Positions 1-11,433 of a DNA stretch of 64,000 nt are shown here, piece by piece (the stretch's first letter is position 1; every line of letters starts with the position of its first letter). The translations under genes and the position numbers were made by a program. This stretch comes from Selaginella moellendorffii (taxonomy: Eukaryota; Plantae; Lycopodiophyta). The stretch covers positions 593,700 to 657,699 of the forward strand of contig NW_003314282.1 of NCBI RefSeq assembly GCF_000143415.4, given 5' to 3'. The notes under the pieces were generated by a model, which worked only from the letters and a program-made list of their open reading frames with translations, ran no database searches and was not told the DNA's origin.

Positions 1-1699
1 TTTGAGCTTCTGAGAGCATCCCAGAGCAACACAATAATTATGAGATAGTGATCTTGAATCTAAAAGTGTTCTTAAGAACCTTTGAGTAAATTTAATCAAT
101 AGAAGAGTGTTTTGGTTTTTTTCTTGCAAAAGTGTGTGATAGTGGGGGAGTTCAGGGCAATTGTGCCTCGGAGCCTCCATCCTATGATGGCTTGTAGCTG
201 ACCAATGGAAACACAATGGCCTTAAGTGGTCCCTTCTCCTCCAAATGCACTTCATCATCCTCTCTTGTGTAAGATTATTTCTGTGCAGAATCAAGGCTCC
301 CAGATCAATTGATTAGTCTTTCAGCTACTAAGTGAGTTGATTATACTTGGATTATGCAGTCTCACCTAATGCCATTAACAGTGAGTTTGTGGTAGAGTGG
401 TTGAAGCCTCCAGACCTACACAGAATGATAAAAGGGCAGCAAGCAACCATGCAAAGTCGTTAAAATTCTACATATAAGAAATAACCAAACTAAACACTTA
501 TAACACACCAACACATCATGCTTTATGATTACCATGCATCCTTCTATAAGGCCAGAGGGCCTCAAGAAGTGGGATTTGAGAAAAGGAGTGTGTGGAATGC
601 TGCAGAAAAAGATATTTACCTTAGGAGGTAAATGTGAAGTTGTGGAGAAATCAAGGATTCAATCTAGAGAATATATGAGAATAAGTTTTTTGAGTTTTAT
701 GCCTAAGAAGTCACTTAGGTGGCCAAACTTGAGCTTGAAGATTCCCAAAGCAAGCAAGATTATAAAAATCAATAGGTCAGAAGGATGTTGTAGTTGAATA
801 ATTGCAAGAAGAGGTCAAAGGCCTTATCACCAAGCTTGAGTTTATCATGGTGGCCCTTTGTAAAATGGTGGCAAAATCAGGGCTAAACACTTGACAATGT
901 AAATGTATGGTTTGGGACTACCCTAATGATAGAATAATTCATTTACTAATATTGCCATGATTAGAAGTAGTATGGAACCAAAAGATTCTACTGTTATAAT
1001 TGAGAATGAAAAAGAAGATTTACAGTTGCATTCTGTATAAGCTCAAAAGCAACATGCATCATAACATATAATCTTGGCCTTGAAGGTGGATTGAATTAAG
1101 ATTTGATTCAAGGAATGCCCAAAGTTTGGATATATAAAACTAAGGTAAGGTATTTATAGTGTCTTATGGCATTTATGACAGTAATTTTAGGAGGGATGGT
1201 TGCTGAGTAAAGCATTTTCTGCCTATACTTGTATTTTTGCCTCTGCTTGCAAAACAAAAAAGAAGATAAAAAGAATGAGAAGAGAATAAAAAATAACTCA
1301 ACTTTAAACTTTAAAGGCATGAGTAATGTCACTCTCTTAACTCTATTTTGCATAAATAATTATAAGCAGGAGAAAAGATAGTTAATTTAATATAAATACA
1401 TATAATAGTGAGTGGGGGTTATTTTTTAGCATGTTTAAGTGCTACTTATATACTACATAATTTTATAATAGTTTCTAACTACTTTTCACCTAAGTTAGGT
1501 CTTTCTTTTTTGGATGACTAAGCTTAGGCATAACTCTATTTCACCTAAGGTTTCTTTTTTTGTTTTGCTTGAGATGATACACAAAATAAAACATTTACCT
1601 CTTCATCACTCCCCACGACAAAATTATGGTTTATCCTCAAGCAGTCAGATTTTCTAAATCCTGCTTTAGATTGTTAAGCTTGGTCTTTATAGTGACAAG

Positions 1700-4265
1700 C
1701 TCAACACTTTGGTATAGATCCTCGAGTTTTTGACATATGATCTAATTCTCTTGTGAGCATAGTGATGCATTGGTAGTGGTGGCTAATGCGCATTGCATTT
1801 GTAAATGTGGAAGCCAAGATTACACTCTTGAGCTCTTGGATTATGCGGCGCTGATAATTCTGCTCGCCCATAACTCCATCCACTTTCTTGGTGATTGCCT
1901 TGAGGTAGCTCAAGACATGTGTGCGGTATTTTGTTGTTTCTTCATCTTCTACTGATTGCATCGGCTTGTCAATTGGCTACTTGCCTCCTCCCTTGATGTA
2001 TTAAGCGAGCTCCTCCATAAAACTTTGGATTGTTGGCTTGCTAGGCTGACTTACAGACTTATGTACGAAGGTGTGGCTAGCCTTGATATTGTAGTGTTGC
2101 TGCGGCATCTTCTACTACTATGGCTGCTTCAACTCGTTAGACTTGTTGGCTGAGGGTATGTTGCTGTAAAATGTGTAAGTGGATTGGAGAAAATTTAGCC
2201 CATACTCTTCTGGTTCACTTAGACCCTTTTTTGTAGCCTTGTCTTCTTTGTCTTGTTGAGTTTCTTCGCTATGATCTTCTTGGCCGTGATCTTCTTAGCC
2301 TAAACTCACCTTATTGATTGTGTCTACAACTAATGGTTTTGCAACATCTATAACCACATTGTGTGTTGGACTTTATGGCCTAAGTTTTGGATTTTCTTCT
2401 ACAACTTCAGCATCCATTGTTTGCTTAGTGTTGTTTATGTGTGTACTCATCACTTCTCTAATGCTCGGAGAGAGGCATAAAAGTTGTCTCTATAAACATA
2501 GATAAGTCACGACTCTATTCTTGATCCAAGCATGGTGTTTTATCACTGTACTTGCTGTGTCCAACTTTTCTGCGGTAGAATTTCTATAGAACAAACCCTA
2601 GAGGTTTTGTAGCTTGGATTTTTGGATTTAGATGGAGTTTTTAATTTAAGGGAGAATTTTCCTCACTTGAATATGTGTCATTAGGATTTTTCTCCATATC
2701 CATATCTCTTGCTATCTTTCTCAAAAGAGATACTGGAGGTGGTGGCGCAATGGCAAGGTGAGGCAAGGGATTCTTCTGAGTAGTGTAATGCTCGTAGATA
2801 TGCTGCAAAAAGATGAAGACTCCCATCTTCACTTACTTTCTTTTACCCACCTATAAGGTAATATTTTTCATTTTGGCCACAAATCCATTATAAGCAAAAT
2901 GAGGTATATTTATTTACCATTCAGTCTTAATAGTAGTTGAGTTATTTTAATGTTAGTATTTTGCACAATTGTCCTCCCATTGATGATGGCACACAATACC
3001 TTAAACCTAGCATGATAGTCAAGCTTCAAGTAGTTGAAGTTGCCTTCTTGTTTGGATGTGTAGTTTGGGAGGACATATTGATCAGGCATGCAATCCTTCT
3101 TGCTCATCATGATTATTTCACCCTTTTTGTCTAGGGTGAGTCCAAAGGAATGGACTCGACCGCGGAAAAGAAAAACATGCTCCATTGGGTACCACTTTTG
3201 CATGAGCTCAATTCCTTGCTCAATCAATATTTGTCCCTCGAGCAGCTCCGCATAGGCAGAGAAAGCACAAACTCCCTAAACAGCTTTACTTGGCCATAAT
3301 CAAGTTCCTCATTGTCGAATGAGATTTCCTTCACATGCTTGTCTTGCCTAGGCATTTTGGCTGTCCATGAAGATTTATAGGCAAAACACTCGGCTTTAGG
3401 CAATCGGGAGACATATTGTAGTGCTAATGGAGGTGTCTAAGAGAGATCTTGCGTTAATGGTACTCCAAGAGTGGAGTCGACAGTTTGTGGCGATGGCGTG
3501 AGGACAAAATCACTCTGCCCAATTGAGGATGTGTTCGATCTAGTAGGCAACAGCGATGGCATTTGCTCTTGTGCGGCCCTAGGTGGTGTTTGAGTTGCCC
3601 TACATTGCTTTGGAGCTAAGCTTGGAGTGTCAAGACATTTTAGCAAAGGCATAGGCATGGAGTGAGAGGAAAAGAACAAGAGAGAAAAACAACTCCTTAA
3701 CTACCTCCAAATTACCTAAGTCACCCTGCCTTACTGTGTTAGCCCTAAGCTTTGTCCTCTTAACTTTGTATGCAGATATATTGTGAAAAATTGTTTTCCT
3801 TGTTGGCTTAGCAATCTTTACTCATTAATCTTCGTGATTTGTTGGCAGAGTTTATAGAATGGGGCAAGAAAAATGTTGATATTACTCTTAAAGTATCCAC
3901 ATTTTCTTTTCTTTTCCTCAAAATCTTGCATTGCCTAGAGAAAATTTTTGTAGGCCATATTAGCAAAATTTTAAGAGAAGGCATGCTCCAAAGAAAGAAA
4001 CATCTAACCAATGTATCCTTTGATTTCTTTCTTTGGAACTTCCCCATCAAATAAAACACTCAAATATATGAGGGTTTATCTAGCATAAAGATGAATCTTT
4101 CCTAAAGGACATGTATTTTCCCTCTGTTCTAAATGACCAAAGCTTTGTCTGAGTTTATTAGGAAAGACTATTCCTTCTATCCAATTCCATTGATTTAGTT
4201 TTATAGGGAGATGGAAAAGTTTAGAAATAAAATCCTGAGTGATCTTAATATCCCCTCCATCCATT
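1700..4265 (-). pseudogene. Degenerate, probably transposon-derived coding remnants
   Basis: Several short, stop-interrupted minus-strand ORFs (1701-1961, 2641-2832, 2910-3227, 3808-4264) in AT-rich sequence next to the LTR cluster. No splice structure or family could be assigned. Confidence 0.25.
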
Positions 4266-5276
4266 TTGAAAACCAGTTTTACAGGATTTCATAATTGAAG
4301 AACCAATCTACTTTCTTGTGGTTCTTGTTGTGAATGTGACTTCGGGTATTGAAGTTACTTATTGGCCAGTCCTTATGGACACCCTTTCCTTATTGTCACG
4401 ACGGCAGGAGGTTAGTATTGCTGGACCCTTTATCAGTCCCTCTTGTGCTAGTGGAGTTAACTGGGCATTTTGAGTGTATTTTGACTGGACGAGTATGAGG
4501 ACAAAGTTCCTACGTGTTATTAACTAAGTATACTTAGCTTGGTAAGGAGTTCTTGTCTTGTTGTGTCTTGCACTGGCTAGTGACAAGAACCCTCGCGTAT
4601 TAAGACTAATCCCTCAATATCGCTAGATGATAGCTTACCGTGTCTGCCAAACGCCCTCGCTATTATGCCGTTTGTGTTAGTCTCATTTCGGTCCTAAATG
4701 TTATTTATGGAAAGTGTCTAGATTAGCTCATTTGGCATATCTATGGAATGTAGAGATTGTCTTGAACACAATGGTGTTCGTCCCGTGTCCAAATTCGCAA
4801 TCTAGAGACATTCCAGATTTAGTAAGTTTCGAGTTTGTTCTAAAGATTAACTCTTGATACTAAGGGAGGCTTGGGGTGAAAGCCCAAAACATGTGTTCCT
4901 CAAAAGGGGCTATACAGGGCTCCAAATGTATAGTAAGGATAGTGGGTAGGTCGGGCATGACCAACTAACCTGAGGCATAGTCTAGCTCTCATTTGCATGC
5001 CTGTCCTTATTCTGCATTTGGCTTGGGTCTAAGCCCAAGTTCTATTCCATGCTAGTTGGTGGAGTACCTATATCCTTGTGTTAGGTCGCCGGTATGCTAA
5101 AATAGTGCCAAACTCTATTTGGCTCTGTCCTGGCATTGGGATGTTGGATACTCTAGGACTATTCCAAGTCGTTCTATGCTTCTGTCCCTTCATTCCTGGG
5201 CTGTATGCTCGAAAGTCGTTATGTGCTCTAGTGCCAATGCTCCTTAGCTCCATGCTTGGGAGTTTGGCATCGTGAC

Positions 5277-6201
5277 TATCGCGGATGTGACTTCGGGTAT
5301 CGAAAGATACTTGTCGGCCAGTCTTTACGGACACTTTTTCCTTACTGCCATGACAGTAGAAGGTCAGTACAGTTGGATCCCTTTAGTAGCCTTTCTTGTG
5401 CTAGTGGAGTTAACTGGGCATTTCGAGTGTACTTAGACCGAACGAGCATAAGGACGGAATTCCTACGTGCTATTAGCTAAACACACTTAGCCCGGTAAGG
5501 AGTTCCCGTCTCGTTTTGTCTTGCACTTGCTAGTGACAAAAACCCTCATGTATTGAGATTAGTCCCTCAATATCGCTGGATGATAGCTTACCGTGTCTGC
5601 CAAACGCCCTCACTATCATGTCGTTTGTGTTAGTCTTATTTCGGTTCTAAATGCTATTTATGGAAAGTGTCTAGATTAACTCATTTGGCATATCTATGGA
5701 ATGTAGAGATTGTCTTGAACACAATAGTGTTCGTTCCGTGTCCAAATTCGCAATCTGGAAACATTTCATATTTAGTAAGTTTCGAGCTTGTCCTAAAGAC
5801 TAACTCCTGGTACTAAGGGAGGCTTGGGGTGAAAGCCTAAAGTGTGTGTTCCTCAAAGGGGGGTTTGGGGGGATATGGGGGGTTCCAAATGTATAGTAGA
5901 GATAGTAGTTGGAATGCATGTCCGACCACCCGAGACATTAATTTGGCTCCTACTAGGTTGTGTCACTCCTTGTTCTACGTCCGGCTTGGGTCTAAGCCCA
6001 AGCTCCATGCTGCTATAGTCGGTGGGGTACCCTCCTCCTCGCATTAGGCCACTGGTATGCTAAAATTGTGCCAAACTCTGTCTGACATCATTTTGCATGC
6101 AGGTGCTGGATACGGGGAGCTGGTGCTCATGGGATTGTACCGGACCCTCGTTTCGTAACGCAACGGGCTTGGAGTTTAGCTCCAAATTCAGGTGCGCTAC
6201 A
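5277..6201 (+). mobile_element. Solo LTR (925 bp), same LARD family with variant 3' part
   Basis: Starts TATCGCGGATGTGAC and ends GCGCTACA. Flanked by GTGAC/ATGAC (TSD with 1 mismatch). The first ~780 bp repeat 4326-5100. Confidence 0.75.
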
Positions 6202-7614
6202 ATGACGTATCCTCTGATACCAAATGTAGCGCATGTGGCTTTCACCCTTTATCCTATGGTATTTTACCATATAATAGGAACCTAAATCCTCCATGTGCCA
6301 CGTGTCATATGCCATATGTCTAATGGACAGTGGTGCAGAACTTGAGTTTCAGGGCTTTGGGCCACTAAATGAAGGATCAGCGAGTACTATTTAATGAGAT
6401 TAGGCAACTAGTCTCATTGCATACGTAGAGATGAAAATGATGATCCAAGTGGGTATACATTTGGGTGTGAAGACTTTGCAATTGTTCTTTGGGTATGGAT
6501 TTGGTTACCTTGTTGTACTTTATGATGTGAGCTTGCTCTTGGGCTTATAGGATGAATTTGAGGTATACTATTTTACACGAGTTTGAAGTTGGGCTCGTGA
6601 GTGAGGCACATTAGCAACTTGAGGTTACACTTTGAGTTGGCAGAATTAATGTTAGCCTATCGATGGTTCCATGAGTTGTTCCATGTACCGTGGGTGAAAG
6701 TAAACCTTCCTTGGGTTTGCTATGAGTGGCAAATAGGCTGGTCCATAACTATTTAGCACGGCATTAGTGGATCCTTCCTAGGTATGATTACAAGTGAATC
6801 AATCAAGACTATAGGGATTATGCTATTGGTTCAAGTAGTCATTGCCGTGCTTTCTCATAAACTTTTTTTAGATTGGACTAAAAAAAGTGCAAACACAAGC
6901 TTGAAGTTTAGTCAAAGATGAGACCGAAAAGAGAGTCATCGAGGACGAAGGATCAAACATGTAAATCATTTTCTCTTTTTAGAGAAATAATTTGCAATGA
7001 GATGTGACTCATTGCTCGTGTTTACAGTATGCAATCAGGAGTCCTTACCTTGATGCATGTTGGTTATGGTGGTTTTACAAGTGGTGAGTTATGGGATGGA
7101 TAATGATGAAGCGCTAAACCATTTTATCTAGGCTTGCTATTGAAGACTTGGGTTGCAATGTTCAATTTTTTTTTCGAGGAACCTTGTTATTGCTCTTTGA
7201 GTAGCTTGGTGTTGGATTATTTTTAAGTTTGGTCGGATAGAGAGTAACATGAGTTTGTCCGTGTTGTGAACAAAAGTTAATGGTGTTAGGTGTTGTAAAT
7301 CTCTATTGGTGGAGTGTGGCATTTATGTTGCATTTTGTTGAATCAAGTTGACACTTGATACTCACATAAACTTTTGAAATAATGACATGGGTATTGCTTG
7401 TGGTGTTGCTTGATTGATGATCAAGACATTGTAATTTTTATATCATATCCATGTGATAATGAACAATGTGTTTATGAAGTTGCTTGGGTAAACGATGATC
7501 AACCCCAAAGTGGTTGATAGTGAAGTTAGTCTACTTGTACGAAGTAACATTGTAGTAGATTTGATTGGATTCTCAATGGTGGTCCATTATGCTAAGTTTA
7601 AATTGCTATCTTGT

Positions 7615-7808
7615 TGTAAGCAACCAAAAAGAACAACTTGAGAGACGATCCATGGGGATCAAATATAAAGGGAAAGGGCCCATGAATAAGAGTGCACCCC
7701 TTTTTTCAATTGGTTAAGGGTCTTGGGATATTTGGAATTAAGCATATTTGGGTTTGAATAATACTAGGTTGGGTGACCTCTCAAGAAGTTCAAATTCAGG
7801 AGCTTACA
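7615..7808 (+). mobile_element. Solo LTR (194 bp) of Cassandra-like TRIM with 5S-rRNA-derived block
   Basis: TGTAAGC...GCTTACA termini and perfect TSD CTTGT. The empty site is present in the paralogous internal domain near 16238-16242 (minus). 7736-7791 resembles the 5S box A-IE-box C region. Confidence 0.85.
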
Positions 7809-8377
7809 CTTGTGTCATTGAAGGTTTGCTTATATAATGTTTTGAAAAAGGGTTGTAGCATTTATTATATCTCATCAATTGCAACCCTCATATAAAGTGT
7901 TGAAAAATGGTTGTAGCATTTATTTGTTATAGCTCATTAGTTAATCTGTTAGTACTTGGAGTAGATTGTTGAATGGAGAAGGTGTGTAGTTAAGGCATTG
8001 ATATCGCTAGCACTTATGTTAGTGGAAGTCGCATTGTTGTTCGAGTGATGAGGAATTTTCCTTAAATCTTGATTTTCCATGTTATTTTTTTTATTAGTGT
8101 TTTGGCTTTATATTGGATCTTGAAGGTGGTTGAAAAAGAGTGTTAATGTAATATGGATATCCAAAGATATGTGTAAGCTCCTAAGTTTTGGACTTCCTAG
8201 AAGGTCACTCAATCCAATACTATTCAAACTTAAGGATGCTTAACCTCAAGTATCTCAAGACCATTAACCGATTGGAAAAGAGGGTGCACTCTTGTTCATA
8301 AGCCCTTTCCCTTTATATTTGAACCCCATAGATCATCTCTCAAATCATTCTCTTTGGTTGCTTACAATCCACCATGC

Positions 8378-9514
8378 TGTAAGGAACCAACTCGCTGAGG
8401 TGTCGTAGGCTAAAGGACCCCCGAAAGTATGACCAAAATGATAAAAAGTTCATCGAATGGGACCAAGTCGAAGATCGAGTCCAAGACCGACTCTAAGATC
8501 AAGTTCGAGATAGAGTCCGGGATTGAGTCCGAGGCCGAATTGGAGACTGAGTTCGAGACCGAGTTCGAGACAGAGTTTGAGACAGAGTCCGGGATCCAAA
8601 TCGGGTCCGAGACCGAGTCTGAGGTCGAGTCCGAAGTCGAGTCCGAGATCGGGTCCGAGATCGAGTCCGAGACCGAGTCTGAAGTCGGGTCCGAGATCGA
8701 GTCCGAGATTGAGTTCGAGACCGAGTCCGAGTACTAATACTAATACGGGTCAAAGGGTGAAAGCCCAAAGCGTGTGTCTCCCGGGGGGGGGGGCTGCAGG
8801 GGGTTCCAAAAGTATAGTAGGGATAGTAAGGTCCAAGAACTAGTTTTGAAGGAACTCTCCAGTGGGGCTTCCAAACTGACTTGAGGTTGAGATTGGGACC
8901 GAGGGGCCTTGGGTGGGAGTGAGCATGGACTCGGTTGGTGCCAGAGGGGCCATCCAAAGAAGTGCTCAAGAGCAGCTCCCACTCCCAAAAGGGAAACCGA
9001 CTGCGATGCTCCCAGCTCATATGGAGTGGTGCCCCACTTAAGTACCATGCAACTCATTAGTCCTCACCCTTCCTAGGGGCTTGGACCTTCCCTTGGGGGT
9101 AGAGGTACCCATACTAGGCCGCTAGGCCACGATGTTTCGCCCCGGCGTCCCGAAGCAAGTGTTGCACCCAAGACTTGGGATTTAGAGGGTCCCATGATCA
9201 AGTCTTGTGGTACCAAGGGATGTTAGGAACCTGGAAGCTTGGTGTGCTTGGCTACTTGTGCTTGCGGGGAGTGTAGCCGAACCTTAAATCCAGTCTAACC
9301 CGGGGAGGGGGATTGGGAGTGATTTGGGAATCTATGGATGGATGGCTAACACTCCGTTGCTCGTGCAGTGAGTAGCTGAAACCAAGTAGGACCAAGTAGG
9401 AGCTGGTACCATAGGCGAGAACTTTGGCCAGGGAACTTAGCAAAAGCCAAGGCAGTGTTGGACGGATAGACGAGGTAAGCTGGCAAATTAGAAAGGAAAA
9501 ATTTGTGGCTTACA
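8378..9514. mobile_element. Solo LTR (1137 bp) nested in the TRIM
   Basis: TGTAAG...CTTACA termini and TSD CATGC/CATAC. Carries a GAGTCC-type hexamer array and the shared G-rich motif. Confidence 0.75.
8460..8732. repeat. Degenerate hexamer array (GAGTCC/GAGACC/GAGATC)
   Basis: Directly visible 6/12-bp periodicity. It is the source of the low-complexity ORFs in several frames. Confidence 0.9.
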
Positions 9515-10282
9515 CATACTTCCCTGTAAGTTCATGCCTTCGTAAACGGAAATTGAGAGCCATAGCTCTTCCGAGAGCCCTGCTCTCTTGACACCCTACC
9601 CCTCAGGTTGAGCCTAATCAGAGCAAACTGGACCTTCCAGATGTCAATCAACATGTGGTGCAATTCCTCTAGTTAACCAACAGAGTCGGACCTGAGACTG
9701 CTTCGATACCAAATGTAAGCTCCTGAGTTTTGGACTTCCTAGAAGGTCACTCAGCTCAGTACTATTTAAACCCAAGGACACTTAACCCCAAATATCTTAA
9801 GACCCTTAACTGATTAAAAAAAGGGTGCACTTTTGTTCATGGGCCTTTTCTTTTTATATTTGAACTCTATAGATCGTCTTTCAAATCTTTTTCTTTGGTT
9901 ACTTATAATATGGTCTTCGTGATCAAGCATTGGATGTTCATTGTGCATTTTTGCGAATGTCGGTGTTGGATATCAAAAAAATAGGCAAAGATGTTCAATG
10001 CTTAAGCATACTTTGGGTCATGGGAATTTGTGTTGGGGTGAACTTATTGTGAGACACAAAATCCCTAGGCCCCAAAGTGGAGCCGGAAAGGGTGCCACGT
10101 GGTAGTGGCCGAAGCGAAAGCCAAAAGAGCATAACAAATTTGGACTAAAAGCTCCAACTTGGAAGGTCGAGAGTGGGAGTGAAACTCCAAACAAAGTGCT
10201 TGAGGAGCAAGCACGAGGCAACCAATAAGCAAGGCTCCAAAAAGGGACCCAAAAAGGACCAACACATGACATGTGGAAGTGT

Positions 10283-10561
10283 TCGAGATGGAGTCCGAGA
10301 TGGACCCGAAGTGGAGTCCGATATGGAGTCCGAGGTGGAGTCTGAGATGGACCCGAAGTGGAGTCCGATATGGAGTCCGAGATGGACCTGAGATGGAGTC
10401 CGAGATGGACCCGAGATGGAGTCTGAGATGGAGTCTGAGATGGACCCGAGATGGAGTCCGAGATGGAACCGAGACCAAGGCCGAGACTGAGGTCGAGACC
10501 GAGACCGAGACCGAGTCCGAGTCCGAAACCGGGACCGAGACCGAGTCCGAGTTCGAGTCCA
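10283..10561. repeat. GAGATGGAGTCC / GAGACC hexamer-dodecamer array within solo LTR
   Basis: Visible periodicity; a longer version is at 24366-24743. Confidence 0.9.
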
Positions 10562-11433
10562 AATACTAATACAGGCAGTTGGGTGAAAGCCCAAAGCGAT
10601 CGTCCCCTAGGGGGGGGGGGGGGGGGGAGGCTTCCGGGGGTCCCAAAAGTATAGTAGGGAGAGTGTGGGGGTTGGAGCCCAGTGGAGCCAATTTGGCCAG
10701 GAAAGGCCAGTTTGGCCCAGGAAGGCCAGACCCAGTGTTGGGTGATGAACTGACCACTGGGAAGTCCAAGACTAGAGTGAACACGGACCGACAAGCGGGG
10801 TAGCTTGGTGAAGTGTTCAAGAGCCGACTCTAGTTCCCCCGGGAGATCGACTGGCCAATACTCCCAGTCCAAGTGTGGGTGGCACTACCTACTTGGATAC
10901 TAGGCGTGGCTCAACGGAACCTCGCTCTAAGCCCATGGCTAGAGCACCCAAGGGCGGAAGGCAGGGAGAGTACCCAGGTGGCTCGCGTAAGGCCACGGTG
11001 TTCTGAAATGTTGTCCCAAAGGCCCAGACTGTGGAAAGGAAGAGGAGTAGTCCTCTGGGGTAGTGACCAAGGACACAGTCGTGTGGTGAGGAAGTCCCAG
11101 AGGACAGTGGGACTTAGTAGTCAGGCCTGTGGGCCTCGATCCAGTGGCAGTGTTGGCAAACACGGCCAGGGGCAGAAAGGGACTTAGTGGGGACTGACAG
11201 AGGGATATTGGGGAAGGCTATTCCCCTTGTCGGTGGGCATCCTAAGGATGCTAAGGAGTGGATCTGAGATGACCACTCACGGATGGTTTGCCTAGTCTTG
11301 GAGNNNNNNNNNNNNNNNNNNNNNNNNNNNNNNNNNNNNNNNNNNNNNNNNNNNNNNNNNNNNNNNNNNNNNNNNNNNNNNNNNNNNNNNNNNNNNNNNN
11401 NNNATACAAGTGGTATTGGACTACCAGTGTGGC

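Larger units (their letters stand above)
8172..9907 (-). mobile_element. Cassandra-like TRIM (two 5S-bearing LTRs; about 0.6 kb after removing the nested solo LTR)
   Basis: LTRs at 9714-9907 (5') and 8172-8366 (3'). Met-type PBS TGGTATCGAAGC at 9700-9711 (minus). TSD ATATG at 8167-8171 and 9908-9912. Empty site in the paralog near 15944-15948. The internal domain is ~205 bp and non-coding. Confidence 0.85.

Noticed and set aside
7736-7791. Functional 5S rRNA gene
   Set aside because: Only the internal ~56 nt resembles 5S. The 5' and 3' ends are absent and the block lies inside LTR termini.
8429-11187. Many overlapping 100-280 aa ORFs (ESE/SPR/TRSR-rich), also at 24101-25559
   Set aside because: They arise from stop-free hexamer arrays and GC-rich LTR sequence, are open in several frames on both strands, and contain no domain.
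11304-11403. 100-N gap as hidden sequence
   Set aside because: The sister LTR shows only ~13 bp (AGCCAAGACTGTG, near 25477-25489) between the same flanks, so it is probably a placeholder gap.
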